Notes: generated by a model from the sequence alone, not told the origin. A stretch of 32,000 nucleotides of DNA from Alkalilimnicola ehrlichii MLHE-1 (GCF_000014785.1 NC_008340.1:2970001-3002000); one strand, 5' to 3'. Shown: positions 1-11,180, numbered from the stretch's first letter. Program-made: numbers and translations.

Positions 1-40
1 GCTCATCGCGTCTCCCAGGGTCTGCTTGGTACGGGCGAAC

Positions 41-1417
41 TCAGAGGAAGGTCACACCGACCGAGAACAGGCGCTCCACCTCCGGCACACGCTTCTTGTC
101 CACCAAGAAGAGTATGACGTGATCCTCGGGCTCGATGACCAGGTCGTGGTGCGCCATCAGCACCTCATCGCCCCGGACCACCGCGCCGATGGTGGTGCCC
201 GGCGGCAGGCGGATCTCGTCGATGGCCCGGCCGATGACCCGCGAACTGGCCGGGGTGCCGTGGGCCACCGCCTCCATGGCCTCGGCCGCACCGCGCCGCA
301 GGGAGTGCACATTGGCCATATCACCCCGGCGGATGTGCGCCAGCAGGCTGCCGATGGTGGCCTGCTGCGGCGACACGGCGATGTCGATATCCTCGCTGGA
401 CTGGATCAGCTCCACGTAGGCGGCCCGGTTGATCAGCGCCATCACCTGGCGGGCGCCCAGGCGCTTGGCCAGCATGGCGGACAGGATGTTGGCCTCATCG
501 TCGTTGGTCACCGCGCAGAAGACATCGGTGTTCTCGATGTTCTCCTCCAGCAGCAGCTCCTCATCGGCGGCGTCGCCCAGCAGCACGATGGCGCGCTTGA
601 GCTCCTCGGAGATCTCCCGGGCTCGCTCCGGTGAGTGCTCGATGAGCTTGACCTGGTAGCGACGCTCCAGGGCCTGGGCCAAGCGCTTGCCGATGTTGCC
701 ACCGCCGGCGATGGTGAGCCGCTTCACCGGCTTTTCCAGCCGGCGCAGCTCACTCATGACCGCACGGATATCCTTCTTCGCGGCAATGAAAAAGACCTCG
801 TCACCGGCCTCGATCACCGTGTCACCCTCAGGCAGGATGGGCTTGCCCCGGCGGAAGATGGCGGCCACCCGGGTGGGCGTGCCCGGCATGTGCTCGCGCA
901 GGGTCGAGAGCTCATGTCCCACCAGCGGCCCGCCGTAATAGGCCCGCACGCAGACCAGTCGTACCCGGCCCTGGGCGAAATCCAGCACCTGTAGCGCCCC
1001 GGGGTGCTCAACCAGCCGCTGCACGTAGTCGGTGACCAGCTGTTCGGGGCTGATGATGACATCGATGGGCAGCGCGTCGGGGCTGAACAGCTGTGGATAG
1101 GTCAAATACTCCACCGCCCGGACGCGGGCGATCTTGGTGGGGGTATGGAACAGGGTGTAGGCCACCTGACAGGCGGTCATGTTGGCCTCATCCGAGTTGG
1201 TCACCGCCAGGATCATGTCCGCGTCCGGGGCACCGGCCCGTTCCAGCACCTCGGGGTAGGTGCCACTGCCGTGGACCGTACGGATATCGAGACGGTCCTG
1301 CAGATCCTGCAGCACCCCCACGCGGGTATCGACCACGGTGATGTCGTTGGCCTCGCTGGAGAGGTTCTCGGCCACGGTGCTGCCCACCTGACCGGCGCCG
1401 AGGATGATGATCTTCAT
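41..1417 (-). CDS. trkA: Trk potassium uptake system NAD-binding protein TrkA
   Basis: 458-aa ORF. The N-terminus [19 protein letters not shown] carries a GxGxxG Rossmann motif. A second half-repeat is present ([13 protein letters not shown]). Length and duplicated RCK architecture match TrkA. Confidence 0.95.
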   Translation of the reverse strand: MKIIILGAGQVGSTVAENLSSEANDITVVDTRVGVLQDLQDRLDIRTVHGSGTYPEVLERAGAPDADMILAVTNSDEANMTACQVAYTLFHTPTKIARVRAVEYLTYPQLFSPDALPIDVIISPEQLVTDYVQRLVEHPGALQVLDFAQGRVRLVCVRAYYGGPLVGHELSTLREHMPGTPTRVAAIFRRGKPILPEGDTVIEAGDEVFFIAAKKDIRAVMSELRRLEKPVKRLTIAGGGNIGKRLAQALERRYQVKLIEHSPERAREISEELKRAIVLLGDAADEELLLEENIENTDVFCAVTNDDEANILSAMLAKRLGARQVMALINRAAYVELIQSSEDIDIAVSPQQATIGSLLAHIRRGDMANVHSLRRGAAEAMEAVAHGTPASSRVIGRAIDEIRLPPGTTIGAVVRGDEVLMAHHDLVIEPEDHVILFLVDKKRVPEVERLFSVGVTFL

Positions 1418-1430
1418 ACCCGCTCCCTGC

Positions 1431-2801
1431 TCATGCGCTCTCCCTGGGATCGATACCCAGTGCCTTGAGTTTGCGGTAGAGGTGGGTGCGTTCCATGCCG
1501 GTCAACCGGGCCAGCTGGCCCACGCTGCCCTGGGCACGACGGAGCTGCTCCTGCAGGTAGCGCCGCTCGAACGCCTCCCGGGCCTCGCGCAGGGGCAACT
1601 CCAGGTGGAGATCGGCGGACAGCCCCCGGCCGGCGCCGGTGCCCTCGCGCGCCGCCTCCTCCAGCGCCGCCTCGACCTCGTCAACGTCGATCTTCTCGCC
1701 CTCGCCCATGATCAACAGGCGTTGCACCAGATTCTCCAGCTCCCGCACATTACCCGGCCAGCTATGATTGCGCAGGCGGTTCTGCGCCGCCAGCGTGAAC
1801 TCACGGTACTGCAGGCCGTCGCGCTCCACCAGCCGATTGACGTAGTACTGGAGCAGCTCGGGGACGTCCTCCACATGCTCCCGGAGCGCCGGCACCACCA
1901 GCGGCACCACGTCCAGATAGTAGTAGAAATCCTCCCGGAACCGACCGGCGCGCACGGCGTCCGCCAGCTCCACCCGGGTGCCTGCGATCAGGCGCACATC
2001 CAGGTCCACCACCCTGGCACCCCCCTGACGTTGGAACCGACCGGCCTTGAGCACGCCGAGCAGGTGCCCCTGAAGGGCTGGCTCCATCTCACAGACGTCA
2101 GCCAGATACAGGGTCCCCCCCTGCGCCAGCTCCAGGGCACCGGGGACGGTCTCGCCCTCACGCTCCAGGCCACACAGGTCGGCCACCCCCAGCCCCTCAC
2201 CCAGCCCACCCGCGCTCACTTCGATAAAGGGGCCGGCCCGGCGCGGGCTGTGCTCATGGATATAGCGGGCGATGCAGCGCTTGCCCGAGCCCGCCTCACC
2301 GCGCAGCAGCACTCGGGTGTCGTGCACCGCGATCCGCCGCGCATCCTCGCGCAACCGGCGCATCGCCTGGCTTTTCCCCACCGGCTCCGGGGCCGGCTCG
2401 GCGCCCACCCCGGGCTGCGGCGGGCGCGGGCGGGCCGCCTCCAGGGCCCGCTCCACGGTCAGCAGCAGCTTGGGCATGGAGAGCGGTTTCTCGATAAAAT
2501 CCCAGGCACCGAGCCGGGTCGCCTCCACCGCCGTCTCCACGGTCCCGTGGCCGGACATCATCACCACCGGGCACGCCGGCCCACCCCCCTCGGTCCACTC
2601 CTTGAGCAGGGTGACGCCGTCCACGTCGGGCATCCAGATATCGAGCAACACCAGGTCCGGCACCGGATCCCGCATGGCCTCGCGGGCGGAGGCGCCGTCA
2701 TGGGCGGTACGCACGCGGTAACCCTCATCCTTGAGGATCTCCTCCACCAGGTCACGGATCTCCTGCTCGTCGTCGACAACCAGAATCTGTGCGCTACTCA
2801 T
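1431..2801 (-). CDS. ntrX: NtrC-family response regulator, NtrX-like (receiver + AAA+ + Fis-type HTH, no GAFTGA loop)
   Basis: 456-aa ORF. Receiver domain ([25 protein letters not shown]). AAA+ Walker A GEAGSGK and [11 protein letters not shown]-terminal [21 protein letters not shown]. The start lies 6 nt after the sensor kinase stop. Confidence 0.8.
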   Translation of the reverse strand: MSSAQILVVDDEQEIRDLVEEILKDEGYRVRTAHDGASAREAMRDPVPDLVLLDIWMPDVDGVTLLKEWTEGGGPACPVVMMSGHGTVETAVEATRLGAWDFIEKPLSMPKLLLTVERALEAARPRPPQPGVGAEPAPEPVGKSQAMRRLREDARRIAVHDTRVLLRGEAGSGKRCIARYIHEHSPRRAGPFIEVSAGGLGEGLGVADLCGLEREGETVPGALELAQGGTLYLADVCEMEPALQGHLLGVLKAGRFQRQGGARVVDLDVRLIAGTRVELADAVRAGRFREDFYYYLDVVPLVVPALREHVEDVPELLQYYVNRLVERDGLQYREFTLAAQNRLRNHSWPGNVRELENLVQRLLIMGEGEKIDVDEVEAALEEAAREGTGAGRGLSADLHLELPLREAREAFERRYLQEQLRRAQGSVGQLARLTGMERTHLYRKLKALGIDPRESA

Positions 2802-2807
2802 TCGGCG

Positions 2808-5024
2808 TTACTCCCCGGGCGCACTCAGCGCGCCCTGTTCCTGAGGCAGAGGGAAGCGCATGCTGATGCAGGCCCCCCCGCCGTCGCTGTTACGGGCACT
2901 GATGCTGCCGCCATGCTCCTCGACGATCTTCTTGACGATGGGCAGCCCCAGGCCGGTCCCCCGGGCCTTGGTGGTGACATAGGGCTCGAACAGACTGGCC
3001 AGCATCTCGGCATTGAAACCCGGCCCGTTGTCGCAGACCCGCAGCCGGACCTTGCGGCCACCGGGCACATCCTCCCAATCGGTCTCCAGGCGCACGCGGG
3101 TCTCGCCCTCGGCCGCCTCCTGGGCGTTCTTGATAAGATTGTGCAGCAGCTGCCGCAGCCGGCCGGCATCGGCGCGGATCGCAGGCAACCCCTCAGCCGG
3201 CGCCATTTCCAGCACCAGCCCCGACTCCCCGCGGTAGAGCTCGGCCACCTCCGCCACCAGGGTGTTGAGATCCACCCGCTCCAGGCGCAGCCGCGGTGGC
3301 CGGGCGTACTCCGAAAAGGCGTTGACCATCTCCTTCATGGCGCTGACCTGGCGCACGATGGTACCGGTGGAACGCTCCAGCAACTCGGCGTCGCGCCCCT
3401 CCAGGCGTCCGGAGAGCTTATGGCGCAGGCGTTCGGCGGACAACTGAATGGGGGTAAGCGGGTTCTTGATCTCGTGGGCCAGGCGCCGCGCCACCTCCCC
3501 CCAGGCGGCGTCGCGCTGGGCCTGGATGAGCGTGGTGATGTCGTCGATCACGATCACGTGGCCGCCGCTCTGGCGATGCCCCGGCAGAGTGGCCCCGCTC
3601 AGCATCAGCACCCGTTCGCCCTCCTCCGCCGGCAGGGTGACCTGTTCGCGCCACTCGGTATCGCCACTGTCCAGGTGACGCACCACCACCTCGGCGAGCC
3701 CCGCCAGCCGCGGTGCGGCGGTCGCCAGCTGCTGGAGGTTGCCCCCGGTATAGCGGGTGAGCCGGACCCCCAGGATCTCCTCCAGCGCCCGGTTGCTGGT
3801 ACGGAACCGGCCCTGGGCATCCAGCGCCAGCACCCCCGACGACAGCCGGCCCAGCACGGTCTCCAGGTAGGCCCGCTGCCGCTCCACCTGCGCCTGGCTG
3901 CGCCGGGCGCTGTCCCGGGTGCGGGCGATCCGGCGGCTCATATCGTTGAACGACTCGACCAGGAAGCCCAGCTCGTCCCGGCTACCCGCACGCAGCTGGG
4001 TGCCGTAATCACCGGCGGCCACCGCCCGCGTGCCCTCCGCTAGATTGCGGATGGGTGCCACCATGCGACGGGCGAGGAAGAAGGCGGTCCAGACAGCGAA
4101 CAGCAGGCTGAGCAACAGCACCAGCGAGAGGGTGAGGATGAAGCTGTCTTTGAGCGGCTGGCGCAGGAAGGCGATCTCACGGTACTCACCGTAGGCCGTC
4201 TGCACCTCCTCGGCCAGCGCCCCCAGGCGCGAGGGGATGGGGAAATAGGCCTCGAGAAAGCGGGTGTCGCCGGGGCCGGCTGGCCCGCGGGTGGGCACCA
4301 CCACCCGGGCCTGCAGCTCACCGTCGTCCATCGGATCCAGGGCCACATAGGGCAGCCCCTGGCGCAGCTGCAGGAGGATCTCCTCCTCCGGGCGGTGCGG
4401 CAGGGTGGCGGAAGGTTCTGCACTGCTGGTCGCGATAATCTGGCCACTGGACCGCAGCAGGGTGACCTCGGTGGCGCGTAACTGTTGCCGGAGGTCATTC
4501 AGGGTGAGGGCGGCCAGTGACTCGGGGGTGTCGGTGAGCTCCCGCCCGGCCGCCTCCACCCGGCGCAGCAGATCGCGGGTGCGCAGATCCAACGAGGCCT
4601 GGGAGAGGGTCAGGGCGTCCTCCAGGGCGTGTTCCACCCGGACGTCGAACCAACTGTCGATGCCGGCCCGCAGAAACTGCATGGAGAAGTAATAGACCAC
4701 CGACACCGGAACCACCGCCAGCAACACAAACACGGCCACCAGGCGCACCGTCAAGCGGCTGCCCACCTGCCCCCGGCGCCGCTGGCGGTAGAGGCGCCAG
4801 AGATTGGCGGCGATCACGCTGAGCAGCAACACCAGGCCGATGCTGTTGACGGCAATCAGCCAGACGTAGAGCCGGCCGAAGCGCTCCGTGTTCTCGGTGG
4901 CCACCGAGAGCAGGTACAGGGAGGCCAGCAGCACGACGCAGAGGACCAGCCGCAGCCAGCCCTCGCCTCTCAGGCCGTTCAGGGCTCGACGTGCCATGTG
5001 TACCAGTCGCTCTGCAACCGCCAC
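2808..5024 (-). CDS. ntrY: Membrane sensor histidine kinase, NtrY-like (TM-HAMP-PAS-HisKA-HATPase)
   Basis: 738-aa ORF with N-terminal hydrophobic segments and a HAMP-like region ([18 protein letters not shown]...FLVESFNDM). H-box [17 protein letters not shown]. ATPase motifs DNGPGF and [18 protein letters not shown]. The start is uncertain: GTG at 5024 or ATG at 4997. Both overlap the 3' end of the upstream gene. Confidence 0.8.
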   Translation of the reverse strand: MAVAERLVHMARRALNGLRGEGWLRLVLCVVLLASLYLLSVATENTERFGRLYVWLIAVNSIGLVLLLSVIAANLWRLYRQRRRGQVGSRLTVRLVAVFVLLAVVPVSVVYYFSMQFLRAGIDSWFDVRVEHALEDALTLSQASLDLRTRDLLRRVEAAGRELTDTPESLAALTLNDLRQQLRATEVTLLRSSGQIIATSSAEPSATLPHRPEEEILLQLRQGLPYVALDPMDDGELQARVVVPTRGPAGPGDTRFLEAYFPIPSRLGALAEEVQTAYGEYREIAFLRQPLKDSFILTLSLVLLLSLLFAVWTAFFLARRMVAPIRNLAEGTRAVAAGDYGTQLRAGSRDELGFLVESFNDMSRRIARTRDSARRSQAQVERQRAYLETVLGRLSSGVLALDAQGRFRTSNRALEEILGVRLTRYTGGNLQQLATAAPRLAGLAEVVVRHLDSGDTEWREQVTLPAEEGERVLMLSGATLPGHRQSGGHVIVIDDITTLIQAQRDAAWGEVARRLAHEIKNPLTPIQLSAERLRHKLSGRLEGRDAELLERSTGTIVRQVSAMKEMVNAFSEYARPPRLRLERVDLNTLVAEVAELYRGESGLVLEMAPAEGLPAIRADAGRLRQLLHNLIKNAQEAAEGETRVRLETDWEDVPGGRKVRLRVCDNGPGFNAEMLASLFEPYVTTKARGTGLGLPIVKKIVEEHGGSISARNSDGGGACISMRFPLPQEQGALSAPGE

Positions 5025-5569
5025 TGGGGTGACATATAGGCCACCGCCTGCAACGGCTGTGGCAGTGCCTCAGTGTCCAAGCGCACACGCAGTCGCACCT
5101 GGTAACGCTCACCGGCGCTCAGGTCCTCCTCCCGCGCCACCAGCAGCCCCTCGACCTCGCTGAGGGCCCGCAACAGGCTGTCAAGACGGGCGAAAGAGCG
5201 GCTCTCGCCACTGTTGAGATCGGTCAACACGAAACGGCGGCTGAGGGCGTGATAGCGGATACGGTAACGGTTGCTGAAGTTGACCACCTCGGCATCCCAC
5301 CACCACCAACGGGGCTGCACGATCTCCAGTCGCAGCTCCAGGGTCAGGGGCACGCCGTTGTCCAGGGCCGCCTCGGTCTCCTCCGAGAACCGCAACCGGA
5401 GTGCGGCGCTGAGCCAGTAACTGCCCTCGTCCAGATCCAGCCCGGCCGACTCCACCTCGAACCCCGGGGCCTCGTCCGCCACCACGGGCGCCGTCCCCAG
5501 CAGGCACAGCACCGCCCACAGCCACACGCAAAGGAGCGGCGGCATCGCGCGGGGCCGTGCGGTTGTCAT
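4979..5569 (-). CDS. Secreted DUF4390-family protein (function unknown)
   Basis: I trimmed the ORF to the internal ATG at 5569 (MTTARPRAMPPLLCVWLWAVLCLLGTAPVVADEAPG), which gives a clear signal peptide. This ATG overlaps the rsmB stop as ATGA. The position between rsmB and ntrY matches where I recall DUF4390 genes in beta/gammaproteobacteria. The family call is from recollection, not a search. Confidence 0.65.
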   Translation of the reverse strand: MTTARPRAMPPLLCVWLWAVLCLLGTAPVVADEAPGFEVESAGLDLDEGSYWLSAALRLRFSEETEAALDNGVPLTLELRLEIVQPRWWWWDAEVVNFSNRYRIRYHALSRRFVLTDLNSGESRSFARLDSLLRALSEVEGLLVAREEDLSAGERYQVRLRVRLDTEALPQPLQAVAYMSPQWRLQSDWYTWHVEP

Positions 5570-6879
5570 GGCCTGTGGAGACACGCGTAGTAGAATCCGT
5601 CCATTCCCCCGTTGCCCGCGAGGATTTGCCCGTCGTCCGCCGGGAAGCCGGGTGGCCAGCCGGCGGGCAACCACTGTGCCTCCGGGTGCGCCCGGAGGAA
5701 ATGCGCCACTACCCGGCTGTTCTCGGCCTTCAGCACTGAACAAGTAGCGTAAACGAGCCGCCCCCCGGGGGCCAGCAGTCCCCACAACGCCTCCAGCAAC
5801 CGCCCCTGCCCGTCGGCCAAGCGGGCGATGTCATCGGGGCGCCGCAGATGGCGGATGTCCGGGTGGCGGCGGATGACCCCGGTGCCCGAACAGGGGGCAT
5901 CCAGCAGGATTCGCTGATAGGGGCGTCCGTCCCACCAGGTCTCCGGCCGGGCCGCGTCGCCAGCAAGGCAGCGGGCCTCCCGCCGCAATCGCTGCAGATT
6001 GGCGCGCACCTGCCCGAGACGGCCCTCGCTGATGTCCAGGGCGGTGAGCTCGATCCCCGGGCAGTGCTCCAGCAGGTGGCCCGTCTTGCCGCCCGGGGCG
6101 GCGCAGGCGTCCAGCACCCGCTCACCGGGGCGGCAGGCCAGCAAGGGCGCAGCCCACTGCGCCGCCTCGTCCTGCACGGACAGCCGCCCGTCCGCAAAAC
6201 CGGGCAGCTCATCCACCGCGGCCGGGCGCGCCAGGGTGACCGCAGTCGGGGTCCAGGGGCTGGGCTGTGCCGGGCAGCCCGCGTCGTCCAGGGCCTGCAG
6301 GGCCTCCTCCCGGCTCCAGCGCGTGAGGTCGACCCGCAGGGTCATGGGCGGGCGCTGCTGGTTCGCCGCGGCGAGGGCCTGCCAGCGATCGGGCCAGTCC
6401 CGGCGCAGGGTATCCAGCAACCAAGCGGGCAGCGCATAGCGGGTGGCGGGGTCGGCATCCAGCGCCGGAAGCAGGCGATCCGCCTCCCGCTGGGCCCGAC
6501 GAAGCACCGCGTTGATCAGCCCCCGGGCCCACCCCTTGCCCAGCCGGGGCGCCACCGCCACGGTCTCGGCCACGGCGGCGTGGGGCGGGATACGGGTCTC
6601 GAGCAATTGGTACAGGCCGCAGAGCAGCAGCCGTTGCAGATCCGCATCCTTGCCGCGCAGGGGCTTGTCCAGCAGCCGGTGGGCCAGCGCCCGCAATCGG
6701 TCGTGCCAGCGCAGGACCCCATAGCAGAGCTCCGCCAGCAGCGCGGCGTCGCGGGGGGGCAGGCCCTGCTGGGCCCTGGGCAGGGCCTGGTCCAGGGACT
6801 GATGCTGATCCAGCACCTGGCCGAGGCACTGCACCGCGCGCTGACGCACCGGTGGCTGCCCACGCGCCCGCCGCGCCAC
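5566..6879 (-). CDS. rsmB: 16S rRNA (cytosine967-C5)-methyltransferase RsmB
   Basis: 437-aa ORF with a GTG start. NusB-like N-terminal half. SAM-binding motif DACAAPGGKT. Conserved fmt-rsmB adjacency. Confidence 0.9.
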   Translation of the reverse strand: MARRARGQPPVRQRAVQCLGQVLDQHQSLDQALPRAQQGLPPRDAALLAELCYGVLRWHDRLRALAHRLLDKPLRGKDADLQRLLLCGLYQLLETRIPPHAAVAETVAVAPRLGKGWARGLINAVLRRAQREADRLLPALDADPATRYALPAWLLDTLRRDWPDRWQALAAANQQRPPMTLRVDLTRWSREEALQALDDAGCPAQPSPWTPTAVTLARPAAVDELPGFADGRLSVQDEAAQWAAPLLACRPGERVLDACAAPGGKTGHLLEHCPGIELTALDISEGRLGQVRANLQRLRREARCLAGDAARPETWWDGRPYQRILLDAPCSGTGVIRRHPDIRHLRRPDDIARLADGQGRLLEALWGLLAPGGRLVYATCSVLKAENSRVVAHFLRAHPEAQWLPAGWPPGFPADDGQILAGNGGMDGFYYACLHRP

Positions 6880-6882
6880 CGC

Positions 6883-7827
6883 TCAGCCCAGTCGTTCGCC
6901 GGCCTGCAGGGCCCGGCCGTTGAGGAATTCACGCACCCCGAGGGGGCGGCCGCCGGCGGCTTGCAGCGTCTGCAACCGCAATGCCCCTTCGCCGGCGACC
7001 ACCACGATGCCGTCGCCATCGGCGCGAACCACGGTGCCCGGCGCGGCATCGCCGGCCGGAGCGGCCACCGGCTCCGCCTCCCAGACCCGCAGCACCTGGC
7101 CCTGGCAAAGGGTCTGCGCCACTGGCCAGGGGTTGAAGGCGCGGACCTGGCGGTCCAGCTGCCGGGCATCCCGGCGCCAGTCCAGCCAGGCCTCGTCCTT
7201 GCGAAGCTTATCGGCATAGCAGACGCCCGCTTCCGGCTGGGGCTGCGCAGGAAGGCGGTCGGCCAGGAGGTCGTCCAGCCGGTCGTGCAACAGTGTGCCC
7301 GCCAGGGCCGCCAGCCGGTCGTGCAGACTGCCGCCGGTCTCCCGCGGGCCGATGGGGCAGCGGGCCCGGGCCAGCACCGGCCCGGTGTCGAGCCCCGCCT
7401 CCATGCGCATCAGGCAGACGCCAGTCTCGTCGTCGCCAGCCAGGATAGCCCGTTGAATGGGGGCCGCACCGCGCCAACGGGGCAGCAGTGAGGCGTGCAG
7501 ATTGACACAACCGAGGGCAGGGATCTGCAGCACCGCCTGGGGCAGGATGAGGCCGTAGGCGATCACCACCATCAGGTCCGGCGCCAACTCCGCCAACTCG
7601 GCCTGCGCCCGCGGGTCGCGCAAGCTCTCCGGTTGCCGGACCGGCAGGCCCTGGGCCTCGGCCTGCTGTTTCACCGGCGAGGGCCGGGGCCGGCGGCCGC
7701 GCCCGGCGCGCCGGTCCGGCTGGGTGTAGACCGCCACCGGCCGGTGTCCGGCCTCGAGCAGGGCCTGCAGGGAGGGGACGGCAAAATCGGGGGTGCCGGC
7801 GAAGACCAGGCGAGGGGCGCCGCTCAT
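6883..7827 (-). CDS. fmt: Methionyl-tRNA formyltransferase
   Basis: 314-aa ORF with [19 protein letters not shown] and [20 protein letters not shown]. The start overlaps the def stop (ATGA at 7824-7827). Confidence 0.95.
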
Positions 7828-8360
7828 GCCCGCCCCGTCTGCCCGCCCACGTTCACCCGCCCCTGGCGCACCAGCTTCTCCAGTTTGCGCCGAATGCGCT
7901 TTCGCTTCAGCTCAGAGAGGTAGTCCACGAACAGTTTGCCGTCCAAGTGGTCGATCTCGTGCTGCACGCACACCGCCATCAGGCCCTCGGCCTCCTGCTC
8001 CCAGGGGCGCCCCTCGCGGTCCAGGGCGCGGAAGCGGATCCGCTCGGCGCGTTCCACGTCCTCATAGAACCCGGGGATGGACAGACAGCCCTCTTGCCCC
8101 GTGGCGGCGCCCTCCCGGTCCAGAATCTCCGGATTGATCAGGACCAGCGGTTGGCGTGCGCCCTCCTCGGCCAGGTCCATCACGACCACCCGCTGGTTGA
8201 CGCCCACCTGGGTGGCCGCCAGGCCGATGCCCTGGGCGTCATACATGGTCTCCAACATGTCGTCCGCCAGCCGCCGGATGTCATCATCCACCTGCGCCAC
8301 GGGGGCGGCCACCTCGCGCAGACGGGGATCGGGGTAAACCAATATATCCAGAATGGCCAT
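7824..8360 (-). CDS. def: Peptide deformylase
   Basis: Trimmed to the ATG at 8360 ([18 protein letters not shown]), giving 178 aa. Motifs EGCLSIPG and QHEIDHLDG are present. Confidence 0.95.
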
Positions 8361-8527
8361 GGCTCGTTGCCGCTCGACAGGGGTTGCTGCTAGCCTTAAC
8401 CCGGTGAATGAATGCGTGCCGGCCCGGCGACGCCACGGATGGTGGGTCGCGCGTTCGCCGGGGGGTAACCTTAACATAGACGCGCTGAGGCGGGCCGGCA
8501 GCCTCTTGCGTACCGCAGGGAACGTCC

Positions 8528-9544
8528 ATGCGAACAGGAAAGCTGCTCGGGCTGCTCGCCCTAATGCTGTTCAGTGTCTCGGTGCTCGCCGGCGACCTGA
8601 TACGATCAGACCACCCGGAACGGTATGAAGTTCAGCGTGGCGACACCCTCTGGGACATCTCCGCCCGCTTCCTCCGGGACCCGTGGAACTGGCCGGCGAT
8701 CTGGCAGGCCAATCCGGAGATAGAGAATCCCCACCTCATCTTTCCGGGCGATATCCTGCGCCTGAGCTGGGTGGACGGAGAGCCGCGCATCCAGGTCGAG
8801 GACCGGGTGGTCCGACTCTCGCCGCGGGTCCGGGAGACCGCGCTGGAGGAGGCGATCCCCACCATCCCGATGTCCGCCATCCGCCCCTTCCTCGCCCGCA
8901 GCCACATCCTTGACGAGGCCACGCTGGACGCCGCCCCCTACGTCCTCACCGGTCGCGAGGGCCGGGTGCTGAGCGCGGCCGGTGATCACATCTATGCCCG
9001 CGGCCTGACCGAGGACGCCGCCGACGCCTTCAACCTGGTTCGCCGTGGCGATCCGATTACCGACCCGGACACCGGGGAGACGTTGGGCTACGAGGCCATC
9101 GACCTGGGTGACGCCGAATTGCTGAGCAACGGCGACCCGGCGACCCTCCAGGTCACCCGCAGCAGCCGCGAGATCCGCGCCGGGGACCGGCTGGTGGAGG
9201 GCATCACCGAACTGCGCCGGGCGCAGCTCACGCTGGGTGTGCCGGACGACCCGGATTTTGCGGGACGTATCGTGCACGTGCTGGACGGTGTGCGCCAGGT
9301 GGGCCAGTTCAGCGTCGTGGTGGTCAACCGCGGCGCCGAGGACGGCCTGGAACCCGGCCACGTGCTGAGGGTCTTCAGCGCCACCGAAACCGCCCGGGAT
9401 CCGGTCACCCGCGAGGTGGTGGAACTGCCCGAGGAGGACGCCGGCGACCTGGTGATCTTCCGGAGCATGGACCGGCTGTCACTGGGCCTGGTCATGGAGG
9501 CGCGCCGCCCCATGCAGGTCCTGGACAAGGTGCGCCGGCCCTGA
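8528..9544 (+). CDS. Secreted LysM-domain peptidoglycan-binding protein (TsaP-like)
   Basis: 338-aa ORF with signal peptide [22 protein letters not shown] and LysM motif [17 protein letters not shown]...IFPGDILRL. The position between def and dprA matches the Pseudomonas TsaP locus as I recall it. Confidence 0.8.
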   Translation: MRTGKLLGLLALMLFSVSVLAGDLIRSDHPERYEVQRGDTLWDISARFLRDPWNWPAIWQANPEIENPHLIFPGDILRLSWVDGEPRIQVEDRVVRLSPRVRETALEEAIPTIPMSAIRPFLARSHILDEATLDAAPYVLTGREGRVLSAAGDHIYARGLTEDAADAFNLVRRGDPITDPDTGETLGYEAIDLGDAELLSNGDPATLQVTRSSREIRAGDRLVEGITELRRAQLTLGVPDDPDFAGRIVHVLDGVRQVGQFSVVVVNRGAEDGLEPGHVLRVFSATETARDPVTREVVELPEEDAGDLVIFRSMDRLSLGLVMEARRPMQVLDKVRRP

Positions 9545-9567
9545 GTACGGGCACGCGCGCCCACGCT

Positions 9568-10707
9568 GTGGTGCAAGATCCCGAACTGCGGGCCCGGCTG
9601 GCGCTCTGGCGCGTCCCCGGACTGGGCGCACGCGGCTGGTGGCGGCTGATCGACCATTTCGGCAGCCCCCGACACGTCCTGGCGGCCCCGCCGGCCGAAC
9701 TGCACCGCTGCGGGCTGCCGGCGGCGGTGGTGGAGGCGATCCACGCCGCCACCCCGGAGAGCGCCGACCCGGACCTGCGCTGGCTGGAGGCAGACCCCCG
9801 CCACCACGTGCTCAGCCCGGGCGTGGACCCCGCCTACCCAACGCGTCTGGCGGAGCTGGCCGACGCCCCGCCGCTGCTCTTCGTCAAGGGCGACCCGGAG
9901 CTCTTGAGCTGGCCTCAGCTCGCCATCGTAGGCAGCCGCAACCCCACCCACAACGGCCAGGAATTGGCCCGGGATTTCGCCCAGACCCTGGCCGGGCGCG
10001 GTCTTGGCGTCACCAGCGGCCTGGCCCAGGGCATCGACACTGCCGCACACCAGGGCGCGTTGGAGGCCGGTGGTGTCACCGTCGCGGTGATGGGCACCGG
10101 GCCCGACCGGATCTACCCGGCGCGCAACCGCGCGCTCGCCCACCGGGTCGCCGCCGAGGGGGCGCTGGTCACCGAGCTGCCACCGGGGGTGGGCGTGCGC
10201 CGCAGCCACTTCCCCCGTCGCAACCGGGTGATCAGCGGCCTCTCGCTGGGCACCCTGGTGGTCGAGGCCAGCCTCAACAGCGGCTCACTGATCACCGCCT
10301 ACCAGGCGCTGGACCAGGGGCGCGATGTCTTTGCCATCCCGGGCTCCATCCACAGCCCGCTGGCCCGCGGCTGCCATCGGCTGATCCGCGACGGCGCCCG
10401 GCTGGTGGAGTCGGTGGCCGACATCCTGGAGGAACTGGATGTTCAGCAGGCCCTGCCGCTGGCCATCCCCGACAGGACAGCCGGGGTGACGGCCGACAAT
10501 GGCGGCTCCGATGCGGGGCCCGATCCGGAATACGCCGCCCTGCTTGAGGCCATGGGTCACGACCCTGTGGCCCTGGACACCCTGGTCGGCCGGTGCGGAT
10601 TGACGGCCGATGCCGTTTCCTCCATGCTGCTGCTACTGGAGCTGCAGGGGCGGGTTCAGGCCTTGCCTGGCGGCCGCTACCAGCGCACGGGGCCAGAGGA
10701 CGTGTGA
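9568..10707 (+). CDS. dprA: DNA-processing protein DprA (Smf)
   Basis: 379-aa ORF with a GTG start. Rossmann-like core IVGSRNPTHNGQELARDFAQTLAGRGLGVTSGLAQGIDTAAHQGAL. Confidence 0.9.
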   Translation: MVQDPELRARLALWRVPGLGARGWWRLIDHFGSPRHVLAAPPAELHRCGLPAAVVEAIHAATPESADPDLRWLEADPRHHVLSPGVDPAYPTRLAELADAPPLLFVKGDPELLSWPQLAIVGSRNPTHNGQELARDFAQTLAGRGLGVTSGLAQGIDTAAHQGALEAGGVTVAVMGTGPDRIYPARNRALAHRVAAEGALVTELPPGVGVRRSHFPRRNRVISGLSLGTLVVEASLNSGSLITAYQALDQGRDVFAIPGSIHSPLARGCHRLIRDGARLVESVADILEELDVQQALPLAIPDRTAGVTADNGGSDAGPDPEYAALLEAMGHDPVALDTLVGRCGLTADAVSSMLLLLELQGRVQALPGGRYQRTGPEDV

Positions 10708-11180
10708 TGAAGCAAAGCATTTTCGAAGTACTGATCTACCTGTTCGAGAACTACCTCGCCAACGACGACGAGCCCAGCCCCGACCGCGATTCCCTCGAAT
10801 CCGAACTCTTCGAAGCCGGCTTCACACCGCTGGAGATCCGCAAGGCGTTCGACTGGCTGGACGGTCTGGCGGACAGCCGCAATATGCCGGCAACGGTGAC
10901 CGGCGACCGGGCCATCCGCGTTTACCATGAGCGCGAGACCGTGCGCCTGGATGTGGAAAGCCGAGGCTTCATCCTGTTCCTGGAACAGGCCGGTATTCTC
11001 GACCGCGCCGGGCGTGAGCTGGTGATCGACCGGCTCATGGCGCTGGAAGACGACGACGTGGATCTGGACACGGTCAAATGGGTGGTCCTGATGGTGCTGT
11101 TCAACCAGCCGGGCCAGGAGGAGGCCTTCAACTGGATGGAAGACCTCCTGTTTGACAACCCAGTGCATCTCGTGCATTAA
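10707..11180 (+). CDS. smg: Smg protein (DUF494)
   Basis: Trimmed to the ATG at 10707 (MKQSIFEVLIYLFENYL), giving 157 aa. The start overlaps the dprA stop by 1 nt (TGATGA). This is the conserved dprA-smg-topA order. Confidence 0.9.
   Translation: MKQSIFEVLIYLFENYLANDDEPSPDRDSLESELFEAGFTPLEIRKAFDWLDGLADSRNMPATVTGDRAIRVYHERETVRLDVESRGFILFLEQAGILDRAGRELVIDRLMALEDDDVDLDTVKWVVLMVLFNQPGQEEAFNWMEDLLFDNPVHLVH

Noticed and set aside
1-40. Minus-strand ATG at 4-6 (gctcat) about 34 nt downstream of the trkA stop, possibly the start of the next gene (trkH would be typical)
   Set aside because: Only two codons are inside the window, so nothing can be supported.
1404-4043. 879-aa plus-strand ORF spanning the ntrX/ntrY region
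   Set aside because: It lies antisense to two well-supported genes with clear domain motifs and crosses their boundary. Its translation is low-complexity (Gly/Ala/Pro/Arg/Leu/His/Gln-rich) with no recognisable motifs. This is the expected stop-codon-poor shadow ORF of very GC-rich DNA.
5570-5785. Longer N-terminal versions of several track ORFs: DUF4390 to 5785, def to 8477, smg from 10593, tsaC from 13602, tolC to 21383, ABC ATPase from 25273, permease from 26253, GldG-like from 26717, DUF4340-like from 28393
   Set aside because: The extensions overlap upstream genes or spacers and lack homology-like sequence. Internal starts restore canonical N-termini, signal peptides, or ATGA/TGATG coupling with the upstream stop.
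5848-7491. 547-aa plus-strand ORF, plus similar long antisense or out-of-frame ORFs at 9088-10209, 18532-20058, 23639-25300, 27017-28141, 28297-29826 and 29609-31570
   Set aside because: All overlap confidently identified genes on the opposite strand or in another frame, and often bridge two genes. All translate to repetitive Arg/Pro/Gly/Ala-rich sequence. They are treated as GC-driven artefacts.
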